Made by a program: the position numbers and the translations under genes. A stretch of DNA of 59,384 bases, taken from positions 1-59,384 of the forward strand of contig JAHFCG010000002.1 in the NCBI GenBank assembly GCA_023249615.1. The letters run 5' to 3'. Below are positions 8,555-18,075 of the stretch, in pieces. The notes below the pieces were generated by a model that saw nothing but the letters and a program-made list of their open reading frames with translations, made no database searches and was not told the DNA's origin. Positions within the stretch are counted from its first letter, which is position 1. Every line of letters begins with the position of its first letter. The stretch is from a candidate division FCPU426 bacterium. GTDB taxonomy: Bacteria; Oederibacteriota; Muellerivitia; Muellerivitales; Muellerivitaceae.

Positions 8555-9406
8555 ATGCCCGTGTTATTGAATGGAAACGCAACCTCAAAAGTCGTTTTGG
8601 AGCAAACCGCAAAGGACTTTGAGCCACACAAATCAAGCGGTTTAAAACCCGGGTTGGCCGTAGTTCTGGTGGGAGATGACCCCGCCTCCATCGTTTATGT
8701 TGGACGCAAAAAAAAGGCTTGTGAATCCCTCGGGTTTTATTCTGAGGAACATCGCCTTCCAAAGGATACCTCCGAGGAAGAACTTCTGGGCTTAGTTCAA
8801 AACCTCAACGCCAACAAAAAAATTAATGGAATTTTGGTCCAACTTCCACTTCCCAGACATTTAAATTCACAGAGGGTTATTGAGGCTATTGATTCAAAAA
8901 AAGACGTAGATGGCATGCATCCCTTTAGCCTGGGTAAATTGGTGGCTGGCCTTTCGGGGCCACGTTCTTGTACGCCGGCTGGGGTAATGGCCCTCCTTGA
9001 CCATTATAAAATTACGATCGAGGGAAAACGAGCGGTTGTCATTGGCCGAAGCATAATGGTCGGGAAGCCCATGGCGCTGCTTTTGTTGGAAGCAAACGCG
9101 ACGGTAACGGTTTGCCATAGCCGGACCCAAAATATCGGACATGTGATCCGGGAGGCGGATTTGGTGGTGGCGGCCATTGGGAAACCAAAATTTGTAAAGG
9201 CCGAAATGATCAAGGATGGGGCCGTGGTGGTGGATGTTGGCATCAATCGAACAGCCGATGGAAAACTGGTTGGAGATGTGGATTTTGAGTCTGTGTCGCC
9301 CAAAACCTCGGCGATAACCCCGGTTCCTGGAGGCGTCGGCCCCATGACCATTGCGTTATTAATGCGGAATACCTTTGACGCTTTTTTGCAACAAACCCAT
9401 CTTTAA
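8555..9406 (+). CDS. folD: bifunctional methylenetetrahydrofolate dehydrogenase / methenyl-THF cyclohydrolase
   Basis: LAVVLVGDDPASIVYVGRKKKAC, GILVQLPLP, DVDGMHP, CTPAGVM, VVIGRSIMVGKPMALLL, PVPGGVGPMTIALLM. ATG 8555 is preferred over the track TTG 8543 because GGGAGG sits at 8545-8550. Confidence 0.93.
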   Translation: MPVLLNGNATSKVVLEQTAKDFEPHKSSGLKPGLAVVLVGDDPASIVYVGRKKKACESLGFYSEEHRLPKDTSEEELLGLVQNLNANKKINGILVQLPLPRHLNSQRVIEAIDSKKDVDGMHPFSLGKLVAGLSGPRSCTPAGVMALLDHYKITIEGKRAVVIGRSIMVGKPMALLLLEANATVTVCHSRTQNIGHVIREADLVVAAIGKPKFVKAEMIKDGAVVVDVGINRTADGKLVGDVDFESVSPKTSAITPVPGGVGPMTIALLMRNTFDAFLQQTHL

Positions 9407-9443
9407 TTTAAATAAACCCCACTAACCTCTTTCAAAGGAAATA

Positions 9444-10079
9444 ATGTTGAAGCCTATCAAAGTGGGACTCACGGGTGGGATAGGGGCTGGAAAAAGCACG
9501 GTACTAAAATTCATTTCCGAAAAAGGCATTCCTGTTCTCCAGGCCGATCAAGTTGGGCACGGGCTTTTGGATCAACCAAAAATAAAAATTAAACTTATTA
9601 ATAAATACGGGAAAGAAATAATTGGGAGAAATGGAAAAATAAATCGCGGGGAATTGGGAAAAAAGGTTTTTCAAAAACCCCGAAACCAAAAATGGTTGAA
9701 TGAATTGCTGCACCCCGCCATAAGAAAATTAGTAGCCCTATGGGTGAAAAAACACCAAAAAAAATATTTCCCCATACTTGTGGTGGAAGTCCCCCTGCTT
9801 TTCGAGAAGGGATACCACCGCCGATTTGATGGGGTTTTAAGTATTTCCTCCCCAACGAAAAAAAGGCATAAAAGGCTTGAAAAAAGAGGATGGCTTCCCG
9901 AGGAAATCGGGCGTCGGGAAAATTCACAATGGTCCCAGGCAAGAAAAAACAAAAAAGCTAATTGGGTTATTGTTAACCGAAAGTCTCTAAAAGAACTAAA
10001 ATATTCCGTTGACCAATGGTTGAAAACGATCAAAAGAAAATTGAAAGGACCGGGCCCGTTTCACGGAAACCAAAAATGA
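9444..10079 (+). CDS. coaE: dephospho-CoA kinase
   Basis: N-terminal VGLTGGIGAGKSTV P-loop, VVEVPLLFE, size 211 aa. Confidence 0.88.
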   Translation: MLKPIKVGLTGGIGAGKSTVLKFISEKGIPVLQADQVGHGLLDQPKIKIKLINKYGKEIIGRNGKINRGELGKKVFQKPRNQKWLNELLHPAIRKLVALWVKKHQKKYFPILVVEVPLLFEKGYHRRFDGVLSISSPTKKRHKRLEKRGWLPEEIGRRENSQWSQARKNKKANWVIVNRKSLKELKYSVDQWLKTIKRKLKGPGPFHGNQK

Positions 10080-10089
10080 GATTATTTCG

Positions 10090-11553
10090 ATGAAAAGTAT
10101 TCAAGAAATTGAAAATCTAAAACTGTCTCAAAAATGGGGAATGGTTTTGGGAGCCTTTTTTCTGGCGTCCGCGGGGATTTATTCAACCGCTCGTTTGGGA
10201 GGGAATTTATTTTCATCCCTTTTCACCTTTTACATTCCACTGGGTTTGTCATCTATGTTGCTGGGAATAAATGTGACTTTTATCTTAACCATCATTGTCA
10301 TTGTGATTTCCATAATCAATTTATTGATCGCCTCCCAACCGTTCGGATTATTCATGATTTTTATTTCCGGAATAATTCTCAATTATTATTATTGGTACCG
10401 ATGGATCCAAGAAAAGGAGTTGGAGGAATTCAGGCGCCAAAAGGCCAGTGAAGATTTAAACCTGAATATGAACGATACTCAAATGGTTCATGACAAGGTC
10501 AAAATCGCTTACCAAGCTAATTTAATTAAAATTCAAAGATATACGGCTCTTAATGAACTTGCCCGGAGCCTGGCGATGACTTATAAAACCCAGGATGTGG
10601 TGGTTTTGTTAATCGAGACCATATCAAAAACCTTCATGGTTCCCGGCGGCGTTTACACACTATTGTTGTTTGATAGCAGTGTGGTGAAGGCTCTTCATGC
10701 GGTTCGCTACAGTGTTGATACAGAAATGGAGGCGAGGTTAAACCGTGAAAGACTTAATCCTGAGGAAATTTATAATTCCTGGGTAGTTTCCCAGGCCAAA
10801 ACCCTTTTTATCGGCGATGCCTCGAGTGATTTCCGTTTTCAAAATTATTTATCCGAAAATAAGGTCAGGAGTCTTGTTGCGGCGCCCCTAATGGCGGGGA
10901 GTGAAATTTTAGGCCTGATACGGATGGAAAGCTGTTTTCCGTCTGCTTTTCGACAAGACGACGCGCGATTGTTGTCCAACTTCAGTGATTTGGCAACCGT
11001 CGCATTGGAGCATGTGGCTCTTTATCGCCAAACCATTGAATTGGCGATAACGGATGGGCTCACAGGGCTTTATGTTCAAAGATATTACAAAGAAAGAGCC
11101 AGGGATGAGGTTTTTCGGGCCCTTGAACATAAATTACCCCTTTGTCTCATGATGATTGATGTGGATAATTTCAAAAGTTACAACGATCGCTACGGTCATT
11201 TAGTGGGCGATAGGGTATTGAAAGTTGTGGCCCAGGTTTTAAAGGAAACCGTTCGGACGGTCGATTTAGTAGCCCGATATGGCGGGGAAGAGTTTTCGGT
11301 CCTTTTACTTAAGACGCCCTGGATTGGCGCTCAAACCGTAGCTGAGAGAATCCGTCAAAAGGTTTCGGAACAAATTATCCTTGCCGCCCAACAATCCACC
11401 AATGTGACGGTTAGTATTGGGGTGGCGGAACTAAACCCTTCCTTCAAGGACGTGGAAACCTTTATTGATTCCGCGGATCAAGCCCTCTATCAAGCAAAGG
11501 CCGATGGAAAAAATTGTGTTCGAAAATCAAAATCGGGGCCCACGGATGCCTGA
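10090..11553 (+). CDS. membrane-anchored GAF-GGDEF diguanylate cyclase
   Basis: N-terminal TM helices, GAF-like block (SLVAAPLMAGSEILGLIRMES), GGDEF domain (ITDGLTGLY, MIDVDNFKSYND, RYGGEEF) with an RTVD I-site 5 residues upstream of GGEEF. Confidence 0.88.
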   Translation: MKSIQEIENLKLSQKWGMVLGAFFLASAGIYSTARLGGNLFSSLFTFYIPLGLSSMLLGINVTFILTIIVIVISIINLLIASQPFGLFMIFISGIILNYYYWYRWIQEKELEEFRRQKASEDLNLNMNDTQMVHDKVKIAYQANLIKIQRYTALNELARSLAMTYKTQDVVVLLIETISKTFMVPGGVYTLLLFDSSVVKALHAVRYSVDTEMEARLNRERLNPEEIYNSWVVSQAKTLFIGDASSDFRFQNYLSENKVRSLVAAPLMAGSEILGLIRMESCFPSAFRQDDARLLSNFSDLATVALEHVALYRQTIELAITDGLTGLYVQRYYKERARDEVFRALEHKLPLCLMMIDVDNFKSYNDRYGHLVGDRVLKVVAQVLKETVRTVDLVARYGGEEFSVLLLKTPWIGAQTVAERIRQKVSEQIILAAQQSTNVTVSIGVAELNPSFKDVETFIDSADQALYQAKADGKNCVRKSKSGPTDA

Positions 11554-12940
11554 TAAAACCCACAGAATTATTGGCGTAGTCGCGGCTTTGCTATTGCTGG
11601 CCCTCGCTCTACTGCCTGGACCGGGGTCTTTTTTTATTTGTTTACCGGTATTTGTTATTGCCCTAGTGCGTTTTTCAGTTCCCGCGATTGCCGAATGGTT
11701 TTTGGGTACCTACCTTGTGGGATTAATTTCAGGAAGATGGTTTTTTCACCATTATTCCCAAAACTGGGTTTTCCCCGAAATTTTCGCTCTTTTAATTTTA
11801 TTCTGGGTTCCCTCCTTTATCCAGAACCAGCGCCGTGACAGGAAGGATAAATTTAATTCATCTTACGAGACAAAAAAAAGGGTGTTTGAAAATTTCCGTT
11901 CAATTGTTGAAAAAATAAAGAAAGAAAACACGCAAATAGAAAAACAACTTCGTCAAATTGAGCATTTGTATGACGTTATCAAGGAGGCGGGAACCACCTT
12001 GAACGTGCAAGAAATGATCGAGCTGACCAAGGAATTCACTGAAAGAATGTTTGATTTGCCGCATTTCATCATTGCGGTCCTTTCAAACGACGGAAAAAAT
12101 TATGAAATAAGGATAACCTCCGGGTGTGACGAGTCCTTGTTTCGGTCGCTGGAAATAGGTTTGGAATCCAAGGATTTATCGTCAGTCTTGGCTCGGGAAA
12201 AAAAACCCGTTTGGGTTCCCTCGGTGGAAAAAGAAGAACGTTTTAAAACGCTGAAAAACCTATCCGTTCGTTCCTTTATTTTTCTTCCTTTTCTGGTTCA
12301 GGACAGGGTCATTGGATTTTTGTGTTCCTATTCAACGGTTGAAAATTTTATTGACCAGGAAAAATTTTCTAATTTCCAAGTGTTTTGCAATCAAATTTCC
12401 ATAGGCCTTCAAAAATCCCTGCTTTATGAAAAGGTACAGAAACTTTCAATTACCGATGGTCTTACTAAATTGTATTCACACCGTTATTTCAAACAAAGGC
12501 TTGAGGAGGAGTTAATTTTGGCGAATCGTTATTCATCCCAACTAAGCCTTTTAATCCTCGATATAGATCATTTTAAACACTATAACGACACCTATGGCCA
12601 CGTTGCCGGGGATTATGTTTTGATGGAAGTGGCGAAATTGCTTAAAGACCAATCTGACGTGACCCATTTGGTAGCGCGTTATGGAGGTGAAGAGATGGTT
12701 TTAATCGCGCCTGAAACAACCAAGGAACAGGCTATTGAATTGGCGGAAAAAATAAGGAAGGCCGTGGGTTCCTATACCTTCGCTGTTGGAAGGGAAACCA
12801 CAAGTGTGACCGTTTCCATCGGTGTCGCGACATTTCCACAGGATGCCCAAACCAATATGGATCTTATCAGCAAGGCGGACAAGGCTCTTTACGCGGCCAA
12901 AGGACGGGGAAGAAACCGGATTGTGGCTTATCCGATTTAG
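11546..12940 (+). CDS. membrane-anchored GAF-GGDEF diguanylate cyclase paralog (GGEEM variant)
   Basis: Same architecture as the upstream gene (ITDGLTKLY, ILDIDHFKHYND, RYGGEEM). ATG 11546 overlaps the upstream stop (ATGCCTGA). The track start 11465 would add an 89-nt overlap. Confidence 0.85.
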   Translation: MPDKTHRIIGVVAALLLLALALLPGPGSFFICLPVFVIALVRFSVPAIAEWFLGTYLVGLISGRWFFHHYSQNWVFPEIFALLILFWVPSFIQNQRRDRKDKFNSSYETKKRVFENFRSIVEKIKKENTQIEKQLRQIEHLYDVIKEAGTTLNVQEMIELTKEFTERMFDLPHFIIAVLSNDGKNYEIRITSGCDESLFRSLEIGLESKDLSSVLAREKKPVWVPSVEKEERFKTLKNLSVRSFIFLPFLVQDRVIGFLCSYSTVENFIDQEKFSNFQVFCNQISIGLQKSLLYEKVQKLSITDGLTKLYSHRYFKQRLEEELILANRYSSQLSLLILDIDHFKHYNDTYGHVAGDYVLMEVAKLLKDQSDVTHLVARYGGEEMVLIAPETTKEQAIELAEKIRKAVGSYTFAVGRETTSVTVSIGVATFPQDAQTNMDLISKADKALYAAKGRGRNRIVAYPI

Positions 12941-13224
12941 GGAGTAAACGGAAAAAAAGGTTGACAGTGTGAATTGACATGGTAGGATTTAAACAACTGC
13001 AGAAGTCAAACCTAATCCTCAAATACTCCCGATGGATTTTCCCCCAACTCACTGTTGACCCTCATTATTTTGAGGTGAACGACCAGCGGAATATTGAGTT
13101 AAAACATGTTTGAATCAATCTTGGAACGATTTCACGAACGTCTTCAATTTAAATAAAAATTTCAATTTTATTGTTTTATTCGGGGTTTTGAGACCCAGAA
13201 ACTTTTCGAAAGGATTCCAATTTT

Positions 13225-14484
13225 ATGGATATCGCGGATCTGAAAAAAAAGACAATGCCCGAACTAACGGATGTAGCCAGGGAATTAAACCTGGAGGGAG
13301 TTAGTTCCATGAAAAAGCAGGATCTGATTTTCAAGATCCTTGAGACCCAAACCCAACGTAATGGCGTGATAAACGCCGAGGGTGTTTTGGAAATATTGCC
13401 TGATGGTTTCGGATTTTTACGGTCCGCAAATTACAACTATTTACCGGGCCCGGACGACATTTATGTTTCTCCCTCGCAAATCCGCCGGTTTAACTTAAGA
13501 ACCGGGGATACCGTAACGGGGCAGGTTCGCCCCCCCAAGGAAGGAGAAAGATATTTTGCTCTTTTAAAAGTAGATTCCATAAACTTTGAGCCCCCGGACG
13601 CAGTTAAACAAAAGGTTCTTTTCGATAATTTAACCCCCATTTACCCCAATAAAAGAATTTGGCTGGAAACCACCCCAGAAGATTTATCCATGCGGGTTAT
13701 GGATTTGTTAATTCCCTTGGGAAAAGGACAAAGGGGATTGGTTGTTGCCCCGCCACGTACCGGGAAAACCATTCTTTTGCAAAAAATCGCTAATAGCATC
13801 GCTAAAAATCATCCGGAAATTTACTTGATCGTTCTCCTTATTGATGAAAGACCGGAAGAGGTCACAGATATGCAAAGGTCCGTTAAGGGGGAGGTAGTTT
13901 CCTCTACTTTTGATGAGCCGCCGGAACGTCATGTGACCGTCGCGGAAATAATCATTGAGAAAGCCAAACGATTGGTTGAACACAAAAAGGATGTTGTCAT
14001 TCTTTTAGACTCCATTACCCGTTTGGGCCGGGCTTATAACACGATTGTCCCTTCTTCTGGAAAAGTATTATCCGGAGGCGTTGACTCCAATGCTCTGCAA
14101 AGACCCAAACGATTTTTTGGGGCCGCCCGGGATATTGAAGAAGGGGGAAGTTTGACCATTATTGCTACGGCTCTTATTGACACCGGGAGCCGAATGGATG
14201 AGGTTATTTTCGAGGAATTCAAGGGAACGGGGAATATGGAAATCATTTTGGATAGAAAATTGGCGGATCGCAGGGTATTTCCTGCATTTGATATCACCCG
14301 TTCCGGGACTCGACGAGAAGAATTGCTTTTAAAAGAGGATGAGCTTAATAAAGTTTGGGTGTTGAGAAAAATTCTGAACCCAAACAATCCTGTTGAGGCG
14401 ATGGAATTTTTACTTGATAAAATGCGCCGAACAAAATCAAATAAAGCGTTTTTGGATTCGATGAAGGGTTCGGTTAACGACTAG
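13225..14484 (+). CDS. rho: transcription termination factor Rho
   Basis: N-terminal [23 protein letters not shown]-binding GFGFLR, Walker [19 protein letters not shown], and the C-terminal ATPase core. Confidence 0.97.
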   Translation: MDIADLKKKTMPELTDVARELNLEGVSSMKKQDLIFKILETQTQRNGVINAEGVLEILPDGFGFLRSANYNYLPGPDDIYVSPSQIRRFNLRTGDTVTGQVRPPKEGERYFALLKVDSINFEPPDAVKQKVLFDNLTPIYPNKRIWLETTPEDLSMRVMDLLIPLGKGQRGLVVAPPRTGKTILLQKIANSIAKNHPEIYLIVLLIDERPEEVTDMQRSVKGEVVSSTFDEPPERHVTVAEIIIEKAKRLVEHKKDVVILLDSITRLGRAYNTIVPSSGKVLSGGVDSNALQRPKRFFGAARDIEEGGSLTIIATALIDTGSRMDEVIFEEFKGTGNMEIILDRKLADRRVFPAFDITRSGTRREELLLKEDELNKVWVLRKILNPNNPVEAMEFLLDKMRRTKSNKAFLDSMKGSVND

Positions 14485-14488
14485 GGCC

Positions 14489-15418
14489 ATGGATTTATTC
14501 TTACGGCGGGTTTACCTTGCCGTTTCTGTTGTTTTAATAGTTTTGTGGTTCGGGATGTTTGCCTGGATTCTGGGTTTTCTAAAACCTGAAATTTTTTCAG
14601 TCCTTTCCGCCTCGGACCCGCAAAACCTAACAAAAATTCCAATTTTGGCCAATAATTATCATGTTCCAGGAATCGGAATATCCATTTACACCTCACTTCC
14701 AGGTGAAACCTTCGCCCGGTTGTCTCGAAAATTTGGTCTGACCGAATCGACGATTCGATCTTTGAATCAGGCCAACGATCAATCTGAACCTAAAACCGGA
14801 ACCACTCTTCTTATCCCAACAAAGGATGGCATTTTTCATATTGTTCGATCAGGGCAAGGTTTAAGCGATATCTCCCGTTTTTACGGAGTGCCTTTAAAGG
14901 AAATATTGAAGGCAAACCAGAAACGGGGTGACTCCGAACTTAAACCGGATGATGTTTTGTATTTGCCGGGGGCCCGTTATATTACCAAGCAGGACGGGGA
15001 ATGGAATTTAATGGCCTCCCTTGAAATAAAAAAAGGTTTTTTAAAACCCACAACAGGTCGTTTTGCGGATGGTTTTGGGGAACGCCTTCATCCGATTACA
15101 AAAAAAATGACTTTTCACGAGGGTTTAGACCTTGCGCCAGGCTGGCGGGCAAGAGTGGTCGCTTCTCAAAATGGAAAAGTCATTTTCGCTGGAATTCGAG
15201 CTGGGTATGGCCGGTTAATTGTTTTAGATCACGGGTCAGGTTTAACATCTTGGTATGGCCATTTGGATGAAATTTTAGTTAAAGTTTCTAACGAGGTTAA
15301 ACGGGGGGAACTTATTGGAAAGGTTGGGAAAACCGGGAGAACTACAGGACCTCATCTTCATTTCGAGATTCGATTAAATGGAAAACCACAAAATCCTTTT
15401 TTGTACCTAAGTCATTGA
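14489..15418 (+). CDS. LysM-domain M23 family metallopeptidase (murein endopeptidase-like)
   Basis: N-terminal TM anchor. Two LysM-like repeats (GETFARLSRKFGL...LLIP; GQGLSDISRFYGV...LYLP). M23 motifs HEGLDLA and GPHLHFEIRLNG. Confidence 0.88.
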   Translation: MDLFLRRVYLAVSVVLIVLWFGMFAWILGFLKPEIFSVLSASDPQNLTKIPILANNYHVPGIGISIYTSLPGETFARLSRKFGLTESTIRSLNQANDQSEPKTGTTLLIPTKDGIFHIVRSGQGLSDISRFYGVPLKEILKANQKRGDSELKPDDVLYLPGARYITKQDGEWNLMASLEIKKGFLKPTTGRFADGFGERLHPITKKMTFHEGLDLAPGWRARVVASQNGKVIFAGIRAGYGRLIVLDHGSGLTSWYGHLDEILVKVSNEVKRGELIGKVGKTGRTTGPHLHFEIRLNGKPQNPFLYLSH

Positions 15419-15550
15419 AAGCGGTTAAAAGCCTTCTTTTAAACCTTTTTAGGCGCGCTCCGATTTCAGGGTTTGATTTTTCCATTTTTTTTTATACACT
15501 ATGCACCCTTCGGGTTTCGCTCGAAGGGACCAAAAAAATGGAGTTCCGGA

Positions 15551-15862
15551 ATGAAAACAGGTATTCATCCTAAAAGTTTCAAGACCAAAATAACGTGTGT
15601 GTGTGGAAATATTATTGAAACTGCTTCCACAAAAGCTGAAACATTTTCAGTGGAGGTTTGTTCGAATTGCCACCCGTTTTTCACTGGAAAAATAAAGCTT
15701 TTGGATATGGCCGGACGGGTTGAAAAATTCCAGAAGAAAAGCGCCACTGCCGCAACGGTCCAAGCGGAAACAAAAGCACGTGAAGAAGCAAAAGCAGTTG
15801 CTGTGGCAGCGAAAAAAGCGAAGCGAAAAGCCGCGCCCCCTCCGCCGGAAAGAAATTCCTAG
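15551..15862 (+). CDS. rpmE: 50S ribosomal protein L31 with Ala/Lys/Pro-rich C-terminal tail
   Basis: MKTGIHPKSF...CVCGN...CSNCHPFFTGK...GRVEKF is canonical zinc-type L31. ATG 15551 is preceded by GGAG. The track start 15473 adds a non-homologous extension. Confidence 0.9.
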   Translation: MKTGIHPKSFKTKITCVCGNIIETASTKAETFSVEVCSNCHPFFTGKIKLLDMAGRVEKFQKKSATAATVQAETKAREEAKAVAVAAKKAKRKAAPPPPERNS

Positions 15863-15884
15863 CACCTTTCCGCAAATTATTTTA

Positions 15885-15920
15885 AACCCCAATCTATTAC
15901 AAGGTTGGGGTTTTTCTTTT
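15885..15920 (+). terminator. rho-independent terminator after rpmE
   Basis: AACCCCAA (15885-15892) / TTGGGGTT (15905-15912), 12-nt loop, then TTTCTTTT. Confidence 0.7.
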
Positions 15921-15965
15921 TGATAAACCCCAAACCATTAACCGATTATCCTTAAGGTCCCCGTC

Positions 15966-17033
15966 ATGATTGAGTCCAAAATTCAACTAGCCGAAAAAAG
16001 GTATCATGAATTATCCGACCGCTTAATTCATCCCGACACCTTTAGCCATTCAGCCGAACTTCAAAAATTGTCCAAAGAACACGCGGACTTGGAGTCGTTG
16101 ATTCAAAAAATAAGGGAATACCGGAAATGCCAAAAGGAGGAAGTCGAAACCAAAAATTATCTGGAAGGAAATGACCCGGAAATGAAAGCCCTTGCGCAAA
16201 TCGAGCTTCCCCGCCTGGAAAAATTAATCGTTGACTTGGAAAACGAAATTAAAAGGCTTTTAATTCCTCCCGATCCTTACGGTCAAAAAAACGCCATCAT
16301 GGAAATCAGGGCCGGAACTGGCGGGGGCGAGGCGGCTTTATTTGCGGCTGATCTTTTTCGAATGTACAGCCGTTATATCGAAAAGATTGGAATGAAAATC
16401 GAAATAATAGATTCAAGTACGACCGAAATAGGTGGACTAAAAGAAATTATTTTCATAATCATTGGAAAAAACGCCTATGGGAAATTCCGTTTTGAAAGTG
16501 GAACCCATAGAGTTCAAAGAGTCCCGAAAACAGAGGCTTCGGGCCGTGTTCACACCTCCGCCGCAACTGTCGCTGTTTTATCTGAAGTGGACGAGGTTGA
16601 AATTCAAATTAAGGATTCCGAATTGAGGATCGACACCTTTTGTTCCTCCGGAGCGGGAGGCCAAAGCGTCAACACCACTTATTCGGCCGTAAGAATTACC
16701 CACGTCCCCACGGGCTTGGTAGTTCAGTGTCAAGATGAAAGATCCCAACTTAAAAATAAAGCGAGGGCTATGAAAGTGCTTTATGCCCGCCTGAAGGAAA
16801 AGGCCGATCTGGAGGCGAGAGAAAGCGTTTCGGCCACACGGAAGGATCAAATTGGAAGCGGGGATCGAAGCGAAAAAATAAGAACCTATAATTTCCCCCA
16901 AAACAGGGTCACAGACCACCGGATCGGCCTAACCCTTTATCAACTTGATAAGGTCATTGATGGTGAACTCAGCGAACTCATGGACGCACTATCCTTTGCC
17001 CGACAGGAAGAACTGCTAAAGGAATTGGGTTAA
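15966..17033 (+). CDS. prfA: peptide chain release factor 1
   Basis: P-x-T tripeptide context RVQRVPKTEASGRVHTS and GGQ motif SSGAGGQSVNTT. 355 aa. Confidence 0.95.
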   Translation: MIESKIQLAEKRYHELSDRLIHPDTFSHSAELQKLSKEHADLESLIQKIREYRKCQKEEVETKNYLEGNDPEMKALAQIELPRLEKLIVDLENEIKRLLIPPDPYGQKNAIMEIRAGTGGGEAALFAADLFRMYSRYIEKIGMKIEIIDSSTTEIGGLKEIIFIIIGKNAYGKFRFESGTHRVQRVPKTEASGRVHTSAATVAVLSEVDEVEIQIKDSELRIDTFCSSGAGGQSVNTTYSAVRITHVPTGLVVQCQDERSQLKNKARAMKVLYARLKEKADLEARESVSATRKDQIGSGDRSEKIRTYNFPQNRVTDHRIGLTLYQLDKVIDGELSELMDALSFARQEELLKELG

Positions 17034-17061
17034 TAATATTTATGAGGAATGAGGATCTTCC

Positions 17062-17937
17062 ATGATTCAAGGAGAGGATTCAAAACAACCATGGACTCCC
17101 CTTAAAATTATCCAATGGGCTGTACCCTTCTTAAGTCAAAAGGGAATTCCGAACCCCCGCTTTGATGTTGAGATCTTGATAGCTTTTGCGTTAAAAATAG
17201 ACCGTTTGAAAGTTTACCTTCAATTTGACAGACCGTTGGGGCCCGACGAGTTGGCCTCAATTCGAGAGTTCCTTAAACGTCGAGCCACTTTTGAGCCCAT
17301 TCAATATATAACCGGACAAAGGGAATTTTATGGATATCGCTTCAAGGTGAACCGGGATGTCCTTATTCCAAGACCTGAAACCGAAATGTTGGTTGAAAAG
17401 GCTATCGAACATTTAAAAAAAATACCGGTTGAAAGAAGATTAATTTTGGATTTGGGTACGGGGAGCGGCTGTATCGCCTTATCCATCGCAAAGTCCATTG
17501 AATGTAAAGTTTGGGCGGTTGATTTTTCACAAAAGGCCTTGGAAATTGCACTTGAAAACGCGAAAATTATGGGCATGGAATCCATCCAATGGCGCAAAGG
17601 TGATTGGTTTTCGGCTCTTTTACCATTGGATCCATTGGAATTTCAGGTCATCTTAAGTAATCCACCATATATTTCTTTGGGGGAAAAAGAAGAGTTGAGC
17701 CATGAAGTTAAGGATTTTGAGCCACCCGAGGCCTTATTTGCTGGGGAAAATGGGTTGGAAAGTTATGTTCAAATTGCCAAAAAGTTAAGGGAAAGGTTGG
17801 CGGAAGGAGGGGTAGCCTTTTTGGAATTAAACGCCAATAGACACGACAGGGTAATAGCTTTATTTAATGGGTTTAGGGCGCAAAACCTTTACGAAGACCT
17901 CCAGGGAATTCCAAGGGTCCTAAAGCTAGAAAAATGA
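17062..17937 (+). CDS. prmC: release-factor glutamine N5-methyltransferase
   Basis: SAM motif LDLGTGSGCIAL and NPPY motif ILSNPPYI. Located directly after prfA. Confidence 0.9.
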   Translation: MIQGEDSKQPWTPLKIIQWAVPFLSQKGIPNPRFDVEILIAFALKIDRLKVYLQFDRPLGPDELASIREFLKRRATFEPIQYITGQREFYGYRFKVNRDVLIPRPETEMLVEKAIEHLKKIPVERRLILDLGTGSGCIALSIAKSIECKVWAVDFSQKALEIALENAKIMGMESIQWRKGDWFSALLPLDPLEFQVILSNPPYISLGEKEELSHEVKDFEPPEALFAGENGLESYVQIAKKLRERLAEGGVAFLELNANRHDRVIALFNGFRAQNLYEDLQGIPRVLKLEK

Positions 17938-17945
17938 AGTATTAA

Positions 17946-17975
17946 TTGACACTTTTTGACCATCCTCTGTATAAT
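17946..17975 (+). promoter_or_regulatory. consensus sigma70 promoter for rpoBC (TTGACA - 18 nt - TATAAT)
   Basis: TTGACA at 17946-17951 and TATAAT at 17970-17975, both exact consensus hexamers, 9 nt after the prmC stop. Confidence 0.7.
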
Positions 17976-17987
17976 CACCCCTCTTTG

Positions 17988-18029
17988 CCCAAAACGAGAA
18001 AAGCCCTTTTTCTCGTTTTTTGTTTTGGG
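17988..18029 (+). promoter_or_regulatory. leader hairpin / attenuator-like element upstream of rpoB
   Basis: Inner stem ACGAGAAAA (17994-18002) / TTTTCTCGT (18008-18016) followed by a T-run (18016-18021). Outer CCCAAAA (17988-17994) can pair with TTTTGGG (18023-18029). Confidence 0.5.
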
Positions 18030-18075
18030 AAAGAGATTCTCGGTATCATTCCCGCTTTTTTCTGGAGGATTTTCG

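Noticed and set aside
15473-15550. Track-predicted N-terminal extensions of rpmE (15473), rpoB (17956), rpsL (26112), rplE (36178), infA (42350), the FG-GAP gene (48020) and the last gene (57359)
   Set aside because: The extensions are non-homologous to the conserved protein N-termini and run through promoters, terminators or upstream genes. Internal starts with proper SD spacing match the canonical N-termini.
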